Part shown: one piece after another, positions 18,428 to 27,184 of the stretch
Numbering within the stretch: position 1 is the stretch's first letter
Layout: each line of letters opens with the position of its first letter
From: a virus
Taxonomy: Duplodnaviria; Caudoviricetes
Virus record (IMG/VR): IMGVR_UViG_3300048574_000415
Location: 1 to 53,163 of that record
Length of the DNA: 53,163 nt
Direction: 5' to 3' (one strand)
Notes under the pieces: generated by a model
What the model was told of the DNA's origin: nothing
Database searches by the model: none
What the model saw: only the letters and a program-made list of their open reading frames with translations
Program-made: the position numbers and the translations under genes

Positions 18428-18751
18428 ATGTTGACGATTATCACAAAATATGTTCCAGGGCAAGAAGTTTGGTATGCAAGGGAATGGGACGGGTTGATAG
18501 TTGCCTGCCCAGGCGTCATTTACCAAGTGCATGCATACGCTGACAGCAGGACGCCACGCAAGGATATCACCTATACGATATATGGCAGCACCTACGTATA
18601 CAAAGAACAGGACCTTTATGTAACAAGGGATGAGGCAGAGCATGAAGCGGACAGGCGTTCAGAACTGCGGCGCAAAGAGGCAGAACAGCCATGCGATGCT
18701 GCGGCAAATGGCACGCCAAAGGCTGACAGGGAAGAAGGCGATAGTAAATGA
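18428..18751 (+). CDS. Hypothetical phage protein
   Basis: GGGAG RBS; in operon. Confidence 0.7.
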   Translation: MLTIITKYVPGQEVWYAREWDGLIVACPGVIYQVHAYADSRTPRKDITYTIYGSTYVYKEQDLYVTRDEAEHEADRRSELRRKEAEQPCDAAANGTPKADREEGDSK

Positions 18752-18948
18752 TGGGATGGCCAGAATTCCTCCTGTTCGTAATGAAATTGTGTCTGGTATT
18801 TCTGGCACTTTGTGCAGTTACGGCGGTTATTGAAAACTGGGGGGAAATAAAGCGCCGGGCAGAGCGGCGAAGTAATAGACGGTGGATACAAAAGATTGAA
18901 AGAGTTGCGCAAAGGATAAAGGACGGTGATGAGAATGTAGTTAAATAA
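18748..18948 (+). CDS. Small membrane protein
   Basis: N-terminal hydrophobic helix; overlaps the previous stop. Confidence 0.6.
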   Translation: MMGWPEFLLFVMKLCLVFLALCAVTAVIENWGEIKRRAERRSNRRWIQKIERVAQRIKDGDENVVK

Positions 18949-19021
18949 CAGCAGTCCAATCTCGCATTTACCCCTAATGAAAAACGCAATGGGCGGTTGA
19001 GTTGATGCAGCCGCCCACTAT

Positions 19022-19099
19022 GGAGGAATAGCGCAGACTAGGTAGCGCACATGCCTTGGGCGCATGGGGCCGCAGGTTCGAATCCTGCTTCCTCCACCA
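19022..19099 (+). tRNA. tRNA-Pro(UGG), phage-encoded, CCA encoded
   Basis: Full cloverleaf: GGAGGAA/TTCCTCC, GCGC D-stem, CATGC-CTTGGGC-GCATG, GCAGG-TTCGAAT-CCTGC, ACCA. Confidence 0.95.
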
Positions 19100-19560
19100 C
19101 CTCGAAAGAGGGCTTTCACTCTATCCTCCTTATCATATATGGTGTCCGGCTATTGCGTTAAGACCTGCGTTCGGGGCACGTCAGGCGAATAGGCATAGCA
19201 GGGCACCAACGCGGGAGAAAAGGCGCATGAACCTAATCTTCCACAACTTCCCCGGTACTGGGCTGCGGTAGAAGCCGGAAGATGGTAGCCTGCAGCAATG
19301 CGTTTGCGAAAGCATATAAGCCGGAAGCATTGATACCGGCCAACGTGGGCCGTCAATTTGCAGGGACAGAGGCGGTATACGTAAATTGTTAAATCTGACA
19401 CGCAGCAAGAGTGCGATCTGCCAGAGCCTAAGCTGTAAAAAGGCTAGAAGCCGCCAAGGATGCGCGGCGGGGATGAATGGACAAATGCATATAAGGGTAT
19501 TGTCCGGGGCTATGGATTATGCATTGCCATAGCCCGCCCGAAAGGGTTTGAAAGGGGATC
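19100..19560 (+). ncRNA. Candidate structured ncRNA tract (chain of hairpins)
   Basis: No convincing ORF; many stems; AAGCCGGAAG occurs twice. Confidence 0.4.
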
Positions 19561-19563
19561 ATC

Positions 19564-19710
19564 ATGATTAGAACGATATATGACGGCCAGGCAGAGATCG
19601 AGGATGACAGCGGCTTTATGAAGATCACAGATGAGGACGGAAACGAATACAGATTATGCCCGAACACGGTAAATGCAGTATATGCGGTTTTATTATTTAC
19701 AAAAGTATAA
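19564..19710 (+). CDS. Small hypothetical protein (48 aa)
   Basis: AAAGGGG RBS; MIRTIYDGQAEIEDD... Confidence 0.6.
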   Translation: MIRTIYDGQAEIEDDSGFMKITDEDGNEYRLCPNTVNAVYAVLLFTKV

Positions 19711-19726
19711 GCGCATGGAGGGTAAT

Positions 19727-20008
19727 ATGAAAACGGTTCGCAGGTACCCTATTTGTTTAAAAAACGATCAGATTATCCCGCTGCCGAAAAGCGCGAAGGT
19801 TTTATCCGTAACGGGGGGTTTATCTGCATTTGCTGGTGTTGCGCTGCATGTGCTGGTGGAAGCTTCGGAAAGCGATATTGAGAACTGGCGCATAAAAACA
19901 TGCAGGGACAGCGATAAAAGGAATGATTTGATCAGCTCATCATTTATAGGTACGGTAGTGCTTTTAAACGATAATCTGGCCTATCACGTATTCGCAAATA
20001 AGGAGTAG
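19727..20008 (+). CDS. Hypothetical phage protein
   Basis: GGAGG RBS; LPKSAKVLSV...FIGTV...HVF pattern seen in phage proteins. Confidence 0.7.
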   Translation: MKTVRRYPICLKNDQIIPLPKSAKVLSVTGGLSAFAGVALHVLVEASESDIENWRIKTCRDSDKRNDLISSSFIGTVVLLNDNLAYHVFANKE

Positions 20009-20012
20009 CGCC

Positions 20013-20588
20013 ATGGGGGGAAACATGCTTTCAGATACACGCAAAGCCGGGAATTACTTTGAGACATACACAGGCATTAAATTTTATCCGCTCGATCCCA
20101 AGCCGGTTGAAATCTGCATTGAGGATATTGCACACGCGCTTTCCAATATATGCCGCTATAACGGCCACAGCAAATTCTTCTACAGCGTGGCGCAGCACTG
20201 CGTATTATGCCATGATCTGGCCGCGCTCTACTTTGAAGGGAATATACCGCTTTACTGCCTGTTGCATGATGCAGCTGAAGCTTATATATGCGATCTGCCA
20301 AGGCCGGTAAAAACAGAGATAAACGGCTATAAAGCGATAGAGGAAACGCTGGAAGTGATTATTCTGTCTGCATACGGGCTTTATCCGGTGCCTCCGTACA
20401 TACAGCACCAAGTAAAAGCCATTGATGATCAGGTCCTGCATATGGAAGCAGAGGTATTGCTCAATAGAACGGGATGGGCAGTAAACCCGGTGAGGCAAAA
20501 ATTTGAAATACATCAATGGGCGCCGGAATACGCTGAAAAAGCCTTTAGGGATGCCTTCAACACATATACTCTCACCGAAGGGAGATAA
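20013..20588 (+). CDS. HD-domain phosphohydrolase (YfdR/5'-deoxynucleotidase-like)
   Basis: DIAHALS...RYNGH...YSVAQH...LLHDAAEAY.D. Confidence 0.88.
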   Translation: MGGNMLSDTRKAGNYFETYTGIKFYPLDPKPVEICIEDIAHALSNICRYNGHSKFFYSVAQHCVLCHDLAALYFEGNIPLYCLLHDAAEAYICDLPRPVKTEINGYKAIEETLEVIILSAYGLYPVPPYIQHQVKAIDDQVLHMEAEVLLNRTGWAVNPVRQKFEIHQWAPEYAEKAFRDAFNTYTLTEGR

Positions 20589-20593
20589 GGCGT

Positions 20594-20776
20594 ATGGAAA
20601 CAGAGCAGATAGACCGCAATCAGCTTATTGAGACGATCAATGCGCAGCGCCAAAGCAGCGTGATTGATTTATTGAATTCAGCAAGCAAAGAGAGCGTTGC
20701 CAGCCTAGAAAAGAAATACGGCCTTAAATTCATCCGCAAAGGCGGCAAGATCATCCGGGCAGAGGCCGCACAGTGA
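20594..20776 (+). CDS. Hypothetical protein
   Basis: GGGAG RBS; operon-coupled. Confidence 0.65.
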   Translation: METEQIDRNQLIETINAQRQSSVIDLLNSASKESVASLEKKYGLKFIRKGGKIIRAEAAQ

Positions 20777-21339
20777 GAAAAGGCATTTCAGGAGCGAAAA
20801 AGGAAATGGCGCTGGATTATGAATATATCGAAGAAATAGCCGAAACATGGAGGCCAATACCAGGATACGAAGGGTTATACGACATATCCATCCGCGGCAG
20901 AGTTAGGAAGATTTTTAAAAGAGGGGCAATGCGGGTTATAAAACCTATCATAAATAATAACGCTGTTAGCATCCGGATATGCGCCCGTGACGGCAAAAGA
21001 AGTGAATTCCGTATTGTACGGCTGATGAAAATTACTTTTTTCCCAGACAAGCCTGCGCACCATTGCGGCTTGCATAAAAACGGGATCAAAACTGACAACT
21101 GGATAAACAATCTGATTTTTATGTCTCGGAGTGAGATAGGAAAGAAAACAGGCGCGATGTCAAGCGCTAAAAGCGTATTAAAGATAGACCAATCCGGGCA
21201 GGAGGTAGCCATCTACAAAAGCGCCCGCGAAGCAGCAAGGCATAATTATATGAGCTATCAAACCTTAATAGACAGGTGCAACGGCAAGGTAAAGAAACCG
21301 TTCGCGCTCGATGGTTACAACTATAAATGGGATGATTAA
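20773..21339 (+). CDS. NUMOD4/HNH homing-endonuclease-like protein
   Basis: ETWRPIPGYEGLYDISIRGRV, HKNGIKTDN...NL, C-terminal NUMOD1-like YKSAREAA. Confidence 0.85.
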   Translation: MRKGISGAKKEMALDYEYIEEIAETWRPIPGYEGLYDISIRGRVRKIFKRGAMRVIKPIINNNAVSIRICARDGKRSEFRIVRLMKITFFPDKPAHHCGLHKNGIKTDNWINNLIFMSRSEIGKKTGAMSSAKSVLKIDQSGQEVAIYKSAREAARHNYMSYQTLIDRCNGKVKKPFALDGYNYKWDD

Positions 21340-21441
21340 CAATTCCCGGCAAATGCGCGGGATTGGGGACACCGGAGCGGGAGCGGAGAGGGTAGCACCG
21401 CTTCCGCTGTCCGGTAATGAAAACCAAAGGGAGTGATTATA

Positions 21442-21633
21442 TTGGCAACATATAGGCCATGCCCGCATTGCAATGCTAACCTCGATCCGGGGGAGGCTTG
21501 CGATTGCAAGGAGAGCCAAAAGCTAAGATGGGGAAAAACGCAGCCGGAAAAACCACACGGCGCGGGAAGTTTAAAAACCATTAAGAAAGGAGGGAATAGC
21601 TTTGAAAATAAAAAACGTAGCGCAAATCTGTAA
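21442..21633 (+). CDS. Small zinc-finger protein
   Basis: CPHCNANLDPGEACDC. Confidence 0.7.
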   Translation: MATYRPCPHCNANLDPGEACDCKESQKLRWGKTQPEKPHGAGSLKTIKKGGNSFENKKRSANL

Positions 21634-22234
21634 ACACACCAAAACCGTATATCTTCTGGAAAATGACGCCGACAATCCGTGCCAATGGATTGGTAACGGA
21701 AAGGCGTTTTATCCGGTAACGGGCCTGCCGCTGTTGAACGAAGAAAGCATATACACAATATTCGATATTCCGGAAAAGCAACGTGATAAATGGTTTTACA
21801 GCTATGAGGAAATGCCGGTGCATATATCTTTCGAAGATACGGTGCAAGAAGAATACCAAATCGAAAAGTATAACCTTTCGATATCCTATAACGGCATGCA
21901 GCTCAGATCACTACATACATTCAACGGCATAGTGTTTATCGAGAGCCAATACTTATCACCGCTTGTCAACGTATTAGATAATGTGGAGTTTTATGTGCGT
22001 AAAAAGCCGTCCGGTGAAATCTATATCGTGGCAAAGACAGGCTTTTTAATTGCGGCTGTGATCATGCCGGAAGTGGTATTAACGGATGATTTCATGGATT
22101 TGCTGGACAAGCTTAAAAGCGGGTGCGAAACGGCGCGGGAATATGCATCGCGGCGTAAAGTTGATCAAAAATCCAAACAAATTCCATATGACAAAGAAAC
22201 AGGCGAGATCATCGATCAGGAAGGGAGGGAATGA
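21602..22234 (+). CDS. Conserved hypothetical phage protein
   Basis: GGAGGG RBS with TTG start; QWIGNGKAFYP...IMP; C-terminal DKETGEII. Confidence 0.75.
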   Translation: MKIKNVAQICKHTKTVYLLENDADNPCQWIGNGKAFYPVTGLPLLNEESIYTIFDIPEKQRDKWFYSYEEMPVHISFEDTVQEEYQIEKYNLSISYNGMQLRSLHTFNGIVFIESQYLSPLVNVLDNVEFYVRKKPSGEIYIVAKTGFLIAAVIMPEVVLTDDFMDLLDKLKSGCETAREYASRRKVDQKSKQIPYDKETGEIIDQEGRE

Positions 22235-22392
22235 CATCGGCGGGAAAATATGCAGAGCAAACCTGCAATGAATGCGGTACGCCATATGCAGGGCCGCGTC
22301 CTCCATGCGGGGAAAGCACCTGCCCGAACTGCTGCGCAAAATGCAATCAAGAAGAGCAGGACGGCAAATGCGAATGGAAGGAAGAGGCCTGA
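22231..22392 (+). CDS. Cys-rich small protein (53 aa)
   Basis: ATGA-coupled; CNECG...CPNCCAKC. Confidence 0.55.
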   Translation: MTSAGKYAEQTCNECGTPYAGPRPPCGESTCPNCCAKCNQEEQDGKCEWKEEA

Positions 22393-22395
22393 GCC

Positions 22396-22800
22396 ATGCG
22401 GACATTGATCAGAAGCAAAAACCTGAAAGCCAGAAAGCAACATACGTGTGATCTTTGCAATCACCCAATTAAAATAGGTGAATTATATAACCGGCAGCAG
22501 GTGAAGGACGGCAAGGACTTTTATACTGTGAAAACGCATTATGCCTGCGATTTTGTAAGCAATAAACTGTGGCTGTATATACAACCATGGGACGGCATGA
22601 CAGATGCAGAGTTCTATGAAGGATGCTGCAATTACTCTGAACAGTTTGTTTGTCCGCACTGCGAACATTGGACGGATGATGCGGGCTGTGATATAGGCAG
22701 AAGCTATTGCTTGACTAAGATCATAGACCGGCTGAAAACACATCCATTAAAGATTATCGCGGATGAATATAATAGGAAGGTTTGGGCAGAGGTTGAATGA
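22396..22800 (+). CDS. Zinc-binding hypothetical phage protein
   Basis: KARKQHTCDLC...H..C. Confidence 0.75.
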   Translation: MRTLIRSKNLKARKQHTCDLCNHPIKIGELYNRQQVKDGKDFYTVKTHYACDFVSNKLWLYIQPWDGMTDAEFYEGCCNYSEQFVCPHCEHWTDDAGCDIGRSYCLTKIIDRLKTHPLKIIADEYNRKVWAEVE

Positions 22801-24173
22801 CATACGAAGAGTTTTTGGAAACAAAGCAATATACAGCGAAAACATCCGGCTTTGAATGCGAAGATATTAACCCTTTGCTTTTTGATTTTCAAGCTGCGAT
22901 TGACCGTTGGGCGATAAAAACAGGCAACGCGGGCATATTTGCCGATTGCGGCCTGGGCAAAACCGCCATGCAGCTCGATTATGCAGATAAGGTTTGTGCG
23001 CATACGGGCGGTGATGTGCTTATCCTAGCGCCTTTGGCCGTGTCACAGCAGACAACGGAAGAGGGGAAGAAATTCGGCATTAAGGTAAATATCTGCCGGA
23101 CGCAAGATAATGTACGGCGCGGCATAAACATCACCAACTATGAAATGCTGGATCACTTCAGGCCGGAACATTTCAAGGGCGTCGTTTTGGATGAAAGCAG
23201 CATATTAAAATCGTTCATGGGCAAGACCAAACGCCAGATCATCAGCGCGTTTCAGAATACGCCATATAAACTAAGCTGCACGGCCACACCTGCGCCGAAT
23301 GATCATATGGAGCTTTTAAACCATGCGGAATTCTTAGGCGTAATGCGGTCATGCGAAGCGCTTTCCATCTGGTTCATCAATGATACTATGTCATGCGGAA
23401 AATACCGCCTCAAAAACCATGCCGTCAAATCGTTTTGGGAATGGGTATCTACATGGGCGGTATGCATGAGTAAACCTTCGGATATCGGATTCTCGGACGC
23501 TGGCTTCGAGCTGCCGGAACTGCGCACGCATGAAATACTGGTGGAGATTGATGAACTGGATCACAACTATGAAAACGGGTTTTTCCGCAAGATCGAAAAG
23601 AACGCCACGGCGTTTCATAAAGAGAAGCGGATCACCTGCGGCCTGCGGGCGCGGCATTGCGCGGATATTGCATACAGCACCGATGAACAGTATTTGATAT
23701 GGTGCGATACCAACTACGAAGCGGATGCGCTAAAAAAGTGTATTCCGGATGCGGTGGAAGTGCGCGGCGATCATTCGATTGATGAAAAAGAAAAGGCGGC
23801 GCTGCGGTTCAAAGACGGAAGCACCCGCCTTTTGATATCAAAGCCGTCCATATTCGGTTACGGACTGAACTTCCAAAACTGCCACAAGTCTATATTTTGC
23901 GGGCTGGATTACAGCTATGAAAAATACTATCAGGCCAAGCGGCGCGTCTGGCGCTTCGGGCAGAAATACCCTGTTGATATTTATACGGTGCTGGGCACCA
24001 CGGAAAAACAGATTTTAGATACCATCCACGCAAAAGAAGCCTTGCAAGAGGCTATGAACCAAAACATGTACAACAGCATTAAGGACATCCAGGGCGCGGC
24101 AATAATGGGAACGCATTTTAAATTAAACAGGCAGGATAGGGAAATAAGCCTGCCGGATTGGATAAGCGCATAA
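22797..24173 (+). CDS. SNF2/DEAD-like helicase
   Basis: DCGLGKT, LDESS, TATP, GLNFQ, RVWRFGQ. Confidence 0.9.
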   Translation: MTYEEFLETKQYTAKTSGFECEDINPLLFDFQAAIDRWAIKTGNAGIFADCGLGKTAMQLDYADKVCAHTGGDVLILAPLAVSQQTTEEGKKFGIKVNICRTQDNVRRGINITNYEMLDHFRPEHFKGVVLDESSILKSFMGKTKRQIISAFQNTPYKLSCTATPAPNDHMELLNHAEFLGVMRSCEALSIWFINDTMSCGKYRLKNHAVKSFWEWVSTWAVCMSKPSDIGFSDAGFELPELRTHEILVEIDELDHNYENGFFRKIEKNATAFHKEKRITCGLRARHCADIAYSTDEQYLIWCDTNYEADALKKCIPDAVEVRGDHSIDEKEKAALRFKDGSTRLLISKPSIFGYGLNFQNCHKSIFCGLDYSYEKYYQAKRRVWRFGQKYPVDIYTVLGTTEKQILDTIHAKEALQEAMNQNMYNSIKDIQGAAIMGTHFKLNRQDREISLPDWISA

Positions 24174-25063
24174 TGGAACACCACGGAAAGAACTTTGTAA
24201 TTTACAATGGCGATTGCGTAAAAATATCGCATCAGATCCCGGATAACAAAATACATCTGAGCGTATTCAGCCCGCCTTTTGCAAACCTATATATCTATTC
24301 TGATGATCTGGCGGATATGGGCAACTGTAAAGATGCCAAGGAATTCTTTATGCAGTTTGATTATCTCATTCAGGAGCTTTACCGCATAACGATGCCGGGA
24401 AGGCTTTGCGTAATCCATTGCAAACAGATGCCGAGATATCGGGGCCGAGACGGTACCGCGGGGTTATATGATTTCCGTGGTGACATTATACGGCACCTTG
24501 AGGCATTCGGATGGTCGTATCATTCCGAAGTATGCATATGGAAAGATCCTGTCATAGAAATGCAGCGCACAAAAAGCCATGGCCTATTATATAAGCAGCT
24601 CCGCAAGGACAGCAGCCACAGCCGCCAGGGCATGGCAGATTATTTAGTAGTTTTTCGTAAGTGGGCCGATGATTATATCGATCCGGCGCCGGTGACGCAT
24701 ACAAAGGAAGATTTTCCGCTGGAAGTATGGCAGCGGTACGCTTCGCCGGTTTGGTTCGATATACGGCAAACCAATGTATTAAATGCACGGATCGCCAGGG
24801 ATGACAAAGATGAAAAGCATATATGCCCATTGCAGCTCGATGCAATTGAACGGGTTGTTAATTTGTGGAGCAATGAAGGAGATATAGTATTTGATCCTTT
24901 CGACGGAATAGGTTCGACTGGATATGTATCTTTAAAAATGAAACGCCGTCATATCGGATGCGAATTGAAAGAAACCTATTGGGATCAAGCCGTGGAAAAC
25001 TGCGCATCGGTTGAGGATGAATTGGCAACGCCGACATTGTTTGATTTCATGAGCGAGGTTTAA
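24173..25063 (+). CDS. Beta-class amino (N4/N6) DNA methyltransferase
   Basis: SPPF motif IV precedes FDPFDGIGSTG motif I; TAATG-coupled to the helicase. Confidence 0.9.
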   Translation: MEHHGKNFVIYNGDCVKISHQIPDNKIHLSVFSPPFANLYIYSDDLADMGNCKDAKEFFMQFDYLIQELYRITMPGRLCVIHCKQMPRYRGRDGTAGLYDFRGDIIRHLEAFGWSYHSEVCIWKDPVIEMQRTKSHGLLYKQLRKDSSHSRQGMADYLVVFRKWADDYIDPAPVTHTKEDFPLEVWQRYASPVWFDIRQTNVLNARIARDDKDEKHICPLQLDAIERVVNLWSNEGDIVFDPFDGIGSTGYVSLKMKRRHIGCELKETYWDQAVENCASVEDELATPTLFDFMSEV

Positions 25064-25065
25064 GC

Positions 25066-25245
25066 ATGGATATTTACGAAAAAGCCGCCTATGCAGAACG
25101 TATCACGGCGCGGGCCGAATTGTTTACCAAAGTATGCGCCCAAAACCCATCTATAGAGCGGTGGGTTATATTTGCCAAGATACATGATAAATTCGAGCCT
25201 GAAAAGATAGCGGATCACATTGATATAGCCATTATCGGGCTATAA
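25066..25245 (+). CDS. Small hypothetical protein (59 aa)
   Basis: GAGG RBS; MDIYEKAAYAERITARAE... Confidence 0.6.
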   Translation: MDIYEKAAYAERITARAELFTKVCAQNPSIERWVIFAKIHDKFEPEKIADHIDIAIIGL

Positions 25246-25330
25246 AAAACTGTACGCCAAAAGACGCTTTTTAGTGCTTGTATTGGGTATTAAAACATCA
25301 ACGCACACCATATACGGGGGAAGGTAAAGA

Positions 25331-26254
25331 ATGCAGTATTCAGGCGAAAAATATGATTATCTCTTTGACCAAACATGTGAGGATATTTTAAACATAAAAA
25401 AAGAATTAAATCATAAATTCGTTGGAAGGTATAGGGTGCGGATAATCAAGTCAGGCCGTCAGCTCGAATTAGAGATTTATCCGCTTTGGAACGATTACGA
25501 TGAAAACCGAAAAGCCAGAAGAGCAACAACCAGAGAAGCACAAAAAAACCTGAACGATAAAAATGCAAAATTAAGAGTTCAAAGATTAATCGATGCAAAT
25601 TTCACATCAGAGGATATTTGCATCACGCTTTCATATAAAGGCAGTTCACCGGATGAAAAAACAGCACGGCGCGACATTCGGAACTATCTACGCCGCGTGA
25701 AGGATTACAGAGAAAAAAACGGCTTGCCGGAACTGAAATATATATACGTCATCGAATATCTGCATGAAGGCAGTAAAAAAAATAAGCGCATCCATCACCA
25801 TGTAATCATGTCGGGCATGGATCGTGATGTTGCGGAAGAGCTTTGGAAGGGAAAAGGCTGGGCAAACACGCGCCGCCTGCAACCGGATGATAATGGCCTG
25901 GTGGCTTTGGCTAAATACATCACAAAAGCGCCAAACGGCGGCAAGCGCTGGGCTTCCAGCCGGAACCTGTTAGAGCCGGAAGTTAAAGTGAATGATACCA
26001 AGATCAGCCGCCGCAAGGTGGAGCAGATGGTTTTCGACTTTGAAAACAAGCCAAGGGAGATATTTGAAAAGCTCTTTCCGGACTATTCGTTCAATGATTG
26101 CACAATTAAAAGATCGGAATTCGTGGCCGGTGCCTATATTTATGCCAGAATGCGCAGCAAGCTTATAAATTTTAGTCAAAGCCAACAGAAGAAAAGGGGT
26201 AAAAAGCATGAAACAAGGCTATCAGCCAAAAAAAGTAACGCAGGGGCCACATAA
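25331..26254 (+). CDS. HUH rolling-circle-type replication initiator
   Basis: Motif 1 ITLSY, motif 2 RIHHHVIM, motif 3 LAKYITK, and WASSRNL. Confidence 0.75.
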   Translation: MQYSGEKYDYLFDQTCEDILNIKKELNHKFVGRYRVRIIKSGRQLELEIYPLWNDYDENRKARRATTREAQKNLNDKNAKLRVQRLIDANFTSEDICITLSYKGSSPDEKTARRDIRNYLRRVKDYREKNGLPELKYIYVIEYLHEGSKKNKRIHHHVIMSGMDRDVAEELWKGKGWANTRRLQPDDNGLVALAKYITKAPNGGKRWASSRNLLEPEVKVNDTKISRRKVEQMVFDFENKPREIFEKLFPDYSFNDCTIKRSEFVAGAYIYARMRSKLINFSQSQQKKRGKKHETRLSAKKSNAGAT

Positions 26255-26669
26255 GCCGCCAGATTGCGGCAACTCGGTAATACCTGCCAAATATTACGGC
26301 CAGCAAGTGCCCAAGGAGGGCATAGAGCAGAAATACCTATTCATATGGGCGCGTTATGAAAGCGGCAAATATCCAGAGCTAGAGCTTTTATACCATATAC
26401 CGAACGGAGGGAGCCGGAATAAGCTCGAAGCGGCGCGGCTGAAAGAACAAGGCGTCAAGGCAGGAGTGCCGGATTTATGCCTACCGGTGGCGCGGGGCGG
26501 TTATCATGGGCTATATATCGAACTGAAACGCCTGAAAGGCGGACGTTTAAGCGCCGAACAAAAAGAATTGATACCAAAGCTTGCTGCACAAGGCTTTTGC
26601 GTGAAGGAATGCAAGGGCTGGGTGGCGGCTTCGGAAGAGATTGAAAAGTATTTAAAATTGGAGGTCTAA
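26208..26669 (+). CDS. VRR-NUC nuclease
   Basis: HIPNGG.R...GVKAGVPDLCL...LYIELK...Q. Confidence 0.9.
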   Translation: MKQGYQPKKVTQGPHKPPDCGNSVIPAKYYGQQVPKEGIEQKYLFIWARYESGKYPELELLYHIPNGGSRNKLEAARLKEQGVKAGVPDLCLPVARGGYHGLYIELKRLKGGRLSAEQKELIPKLAAQGFCVKECKGWVAASEEIEKYLKLEV

Positions 26670-26671
26670 CC

Positions 26672-27184
26672 ATGGCAAGTAAAAAGCTTTATGAGAATTC
26701 GACAAGCTACTATGAAAATAAATTAAAGCGCGTGATGGAGCGCATCCAAGCGTCCGGCTATAAGTACGATTGGGGAAGGCAATCCGCGTGGGTGGAATTC
26801 TCCATCTATGGCCGTACATGGAAGTTCGAGCAAAGCGTTGAAAAGGCGGCAGCAAATAAAATCAAGCTGGTATACGGCACAGATTGCTTTGCGCAGGTGG
26901 TATGTACTTTGGAGGATCTGGCGCGGGCCGGTGAAAGAGGGATATTCAGCTTGCAGACGATACTTGAAGGCCTGCCTGCGCTTCCAGCGCCCATGCCGCA
27001 GTATTTCAGAGAGCTTGGGTTTGCAGAGCTGCCAAAAACCGTTGAAGAGATCCGCGCACAGTATAAGCAAAAGGCATTTATATTACATCCGGACAGAGGC
27101 GGCAGCGCGGCAAAGTTTCAAAACCTGAAGGACTGTGAAGCCCAGGCAATAGCCTACATCCAAAACGGCGGAAAGGATATATGA
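26672..27184 (+). CDS. C-terminal J-domain (DnaJ-like) protein
   Basis: LGF...EEIRAQYKQKAFILHPDRGG..F with HPD motif. Confidence 0.85.
   Translation: MASKKLYENSTSYYENKLKRVMERIQASGYKYDWGRQSAWVEFSIYGRTWKFEQSVEKAAANKIKLVYGTDCFAQVVCTLEDLARAGERGIFSLQTILEGLPALPAPMPQYFRELGFAELPKTVEEIRAQYKQKAFILHPDRGGSAAKFQNLKDCEAQAIAYIQNGGKDI

Noticed and set aside
19141-19208. Second tRNA or a known ribozyme
   Set aside because: Has a 7-bp closing stem but no D/T loops; no hammerhead, twister, pistol or HDV core recognised. Kept only as part of the candidate ncRNA.
18415-20596. Repeated GGGAGATAAG(G)CGTATG before two start codons
   Set aside because: Only two copies, explained as similar ribosome-binding sites.
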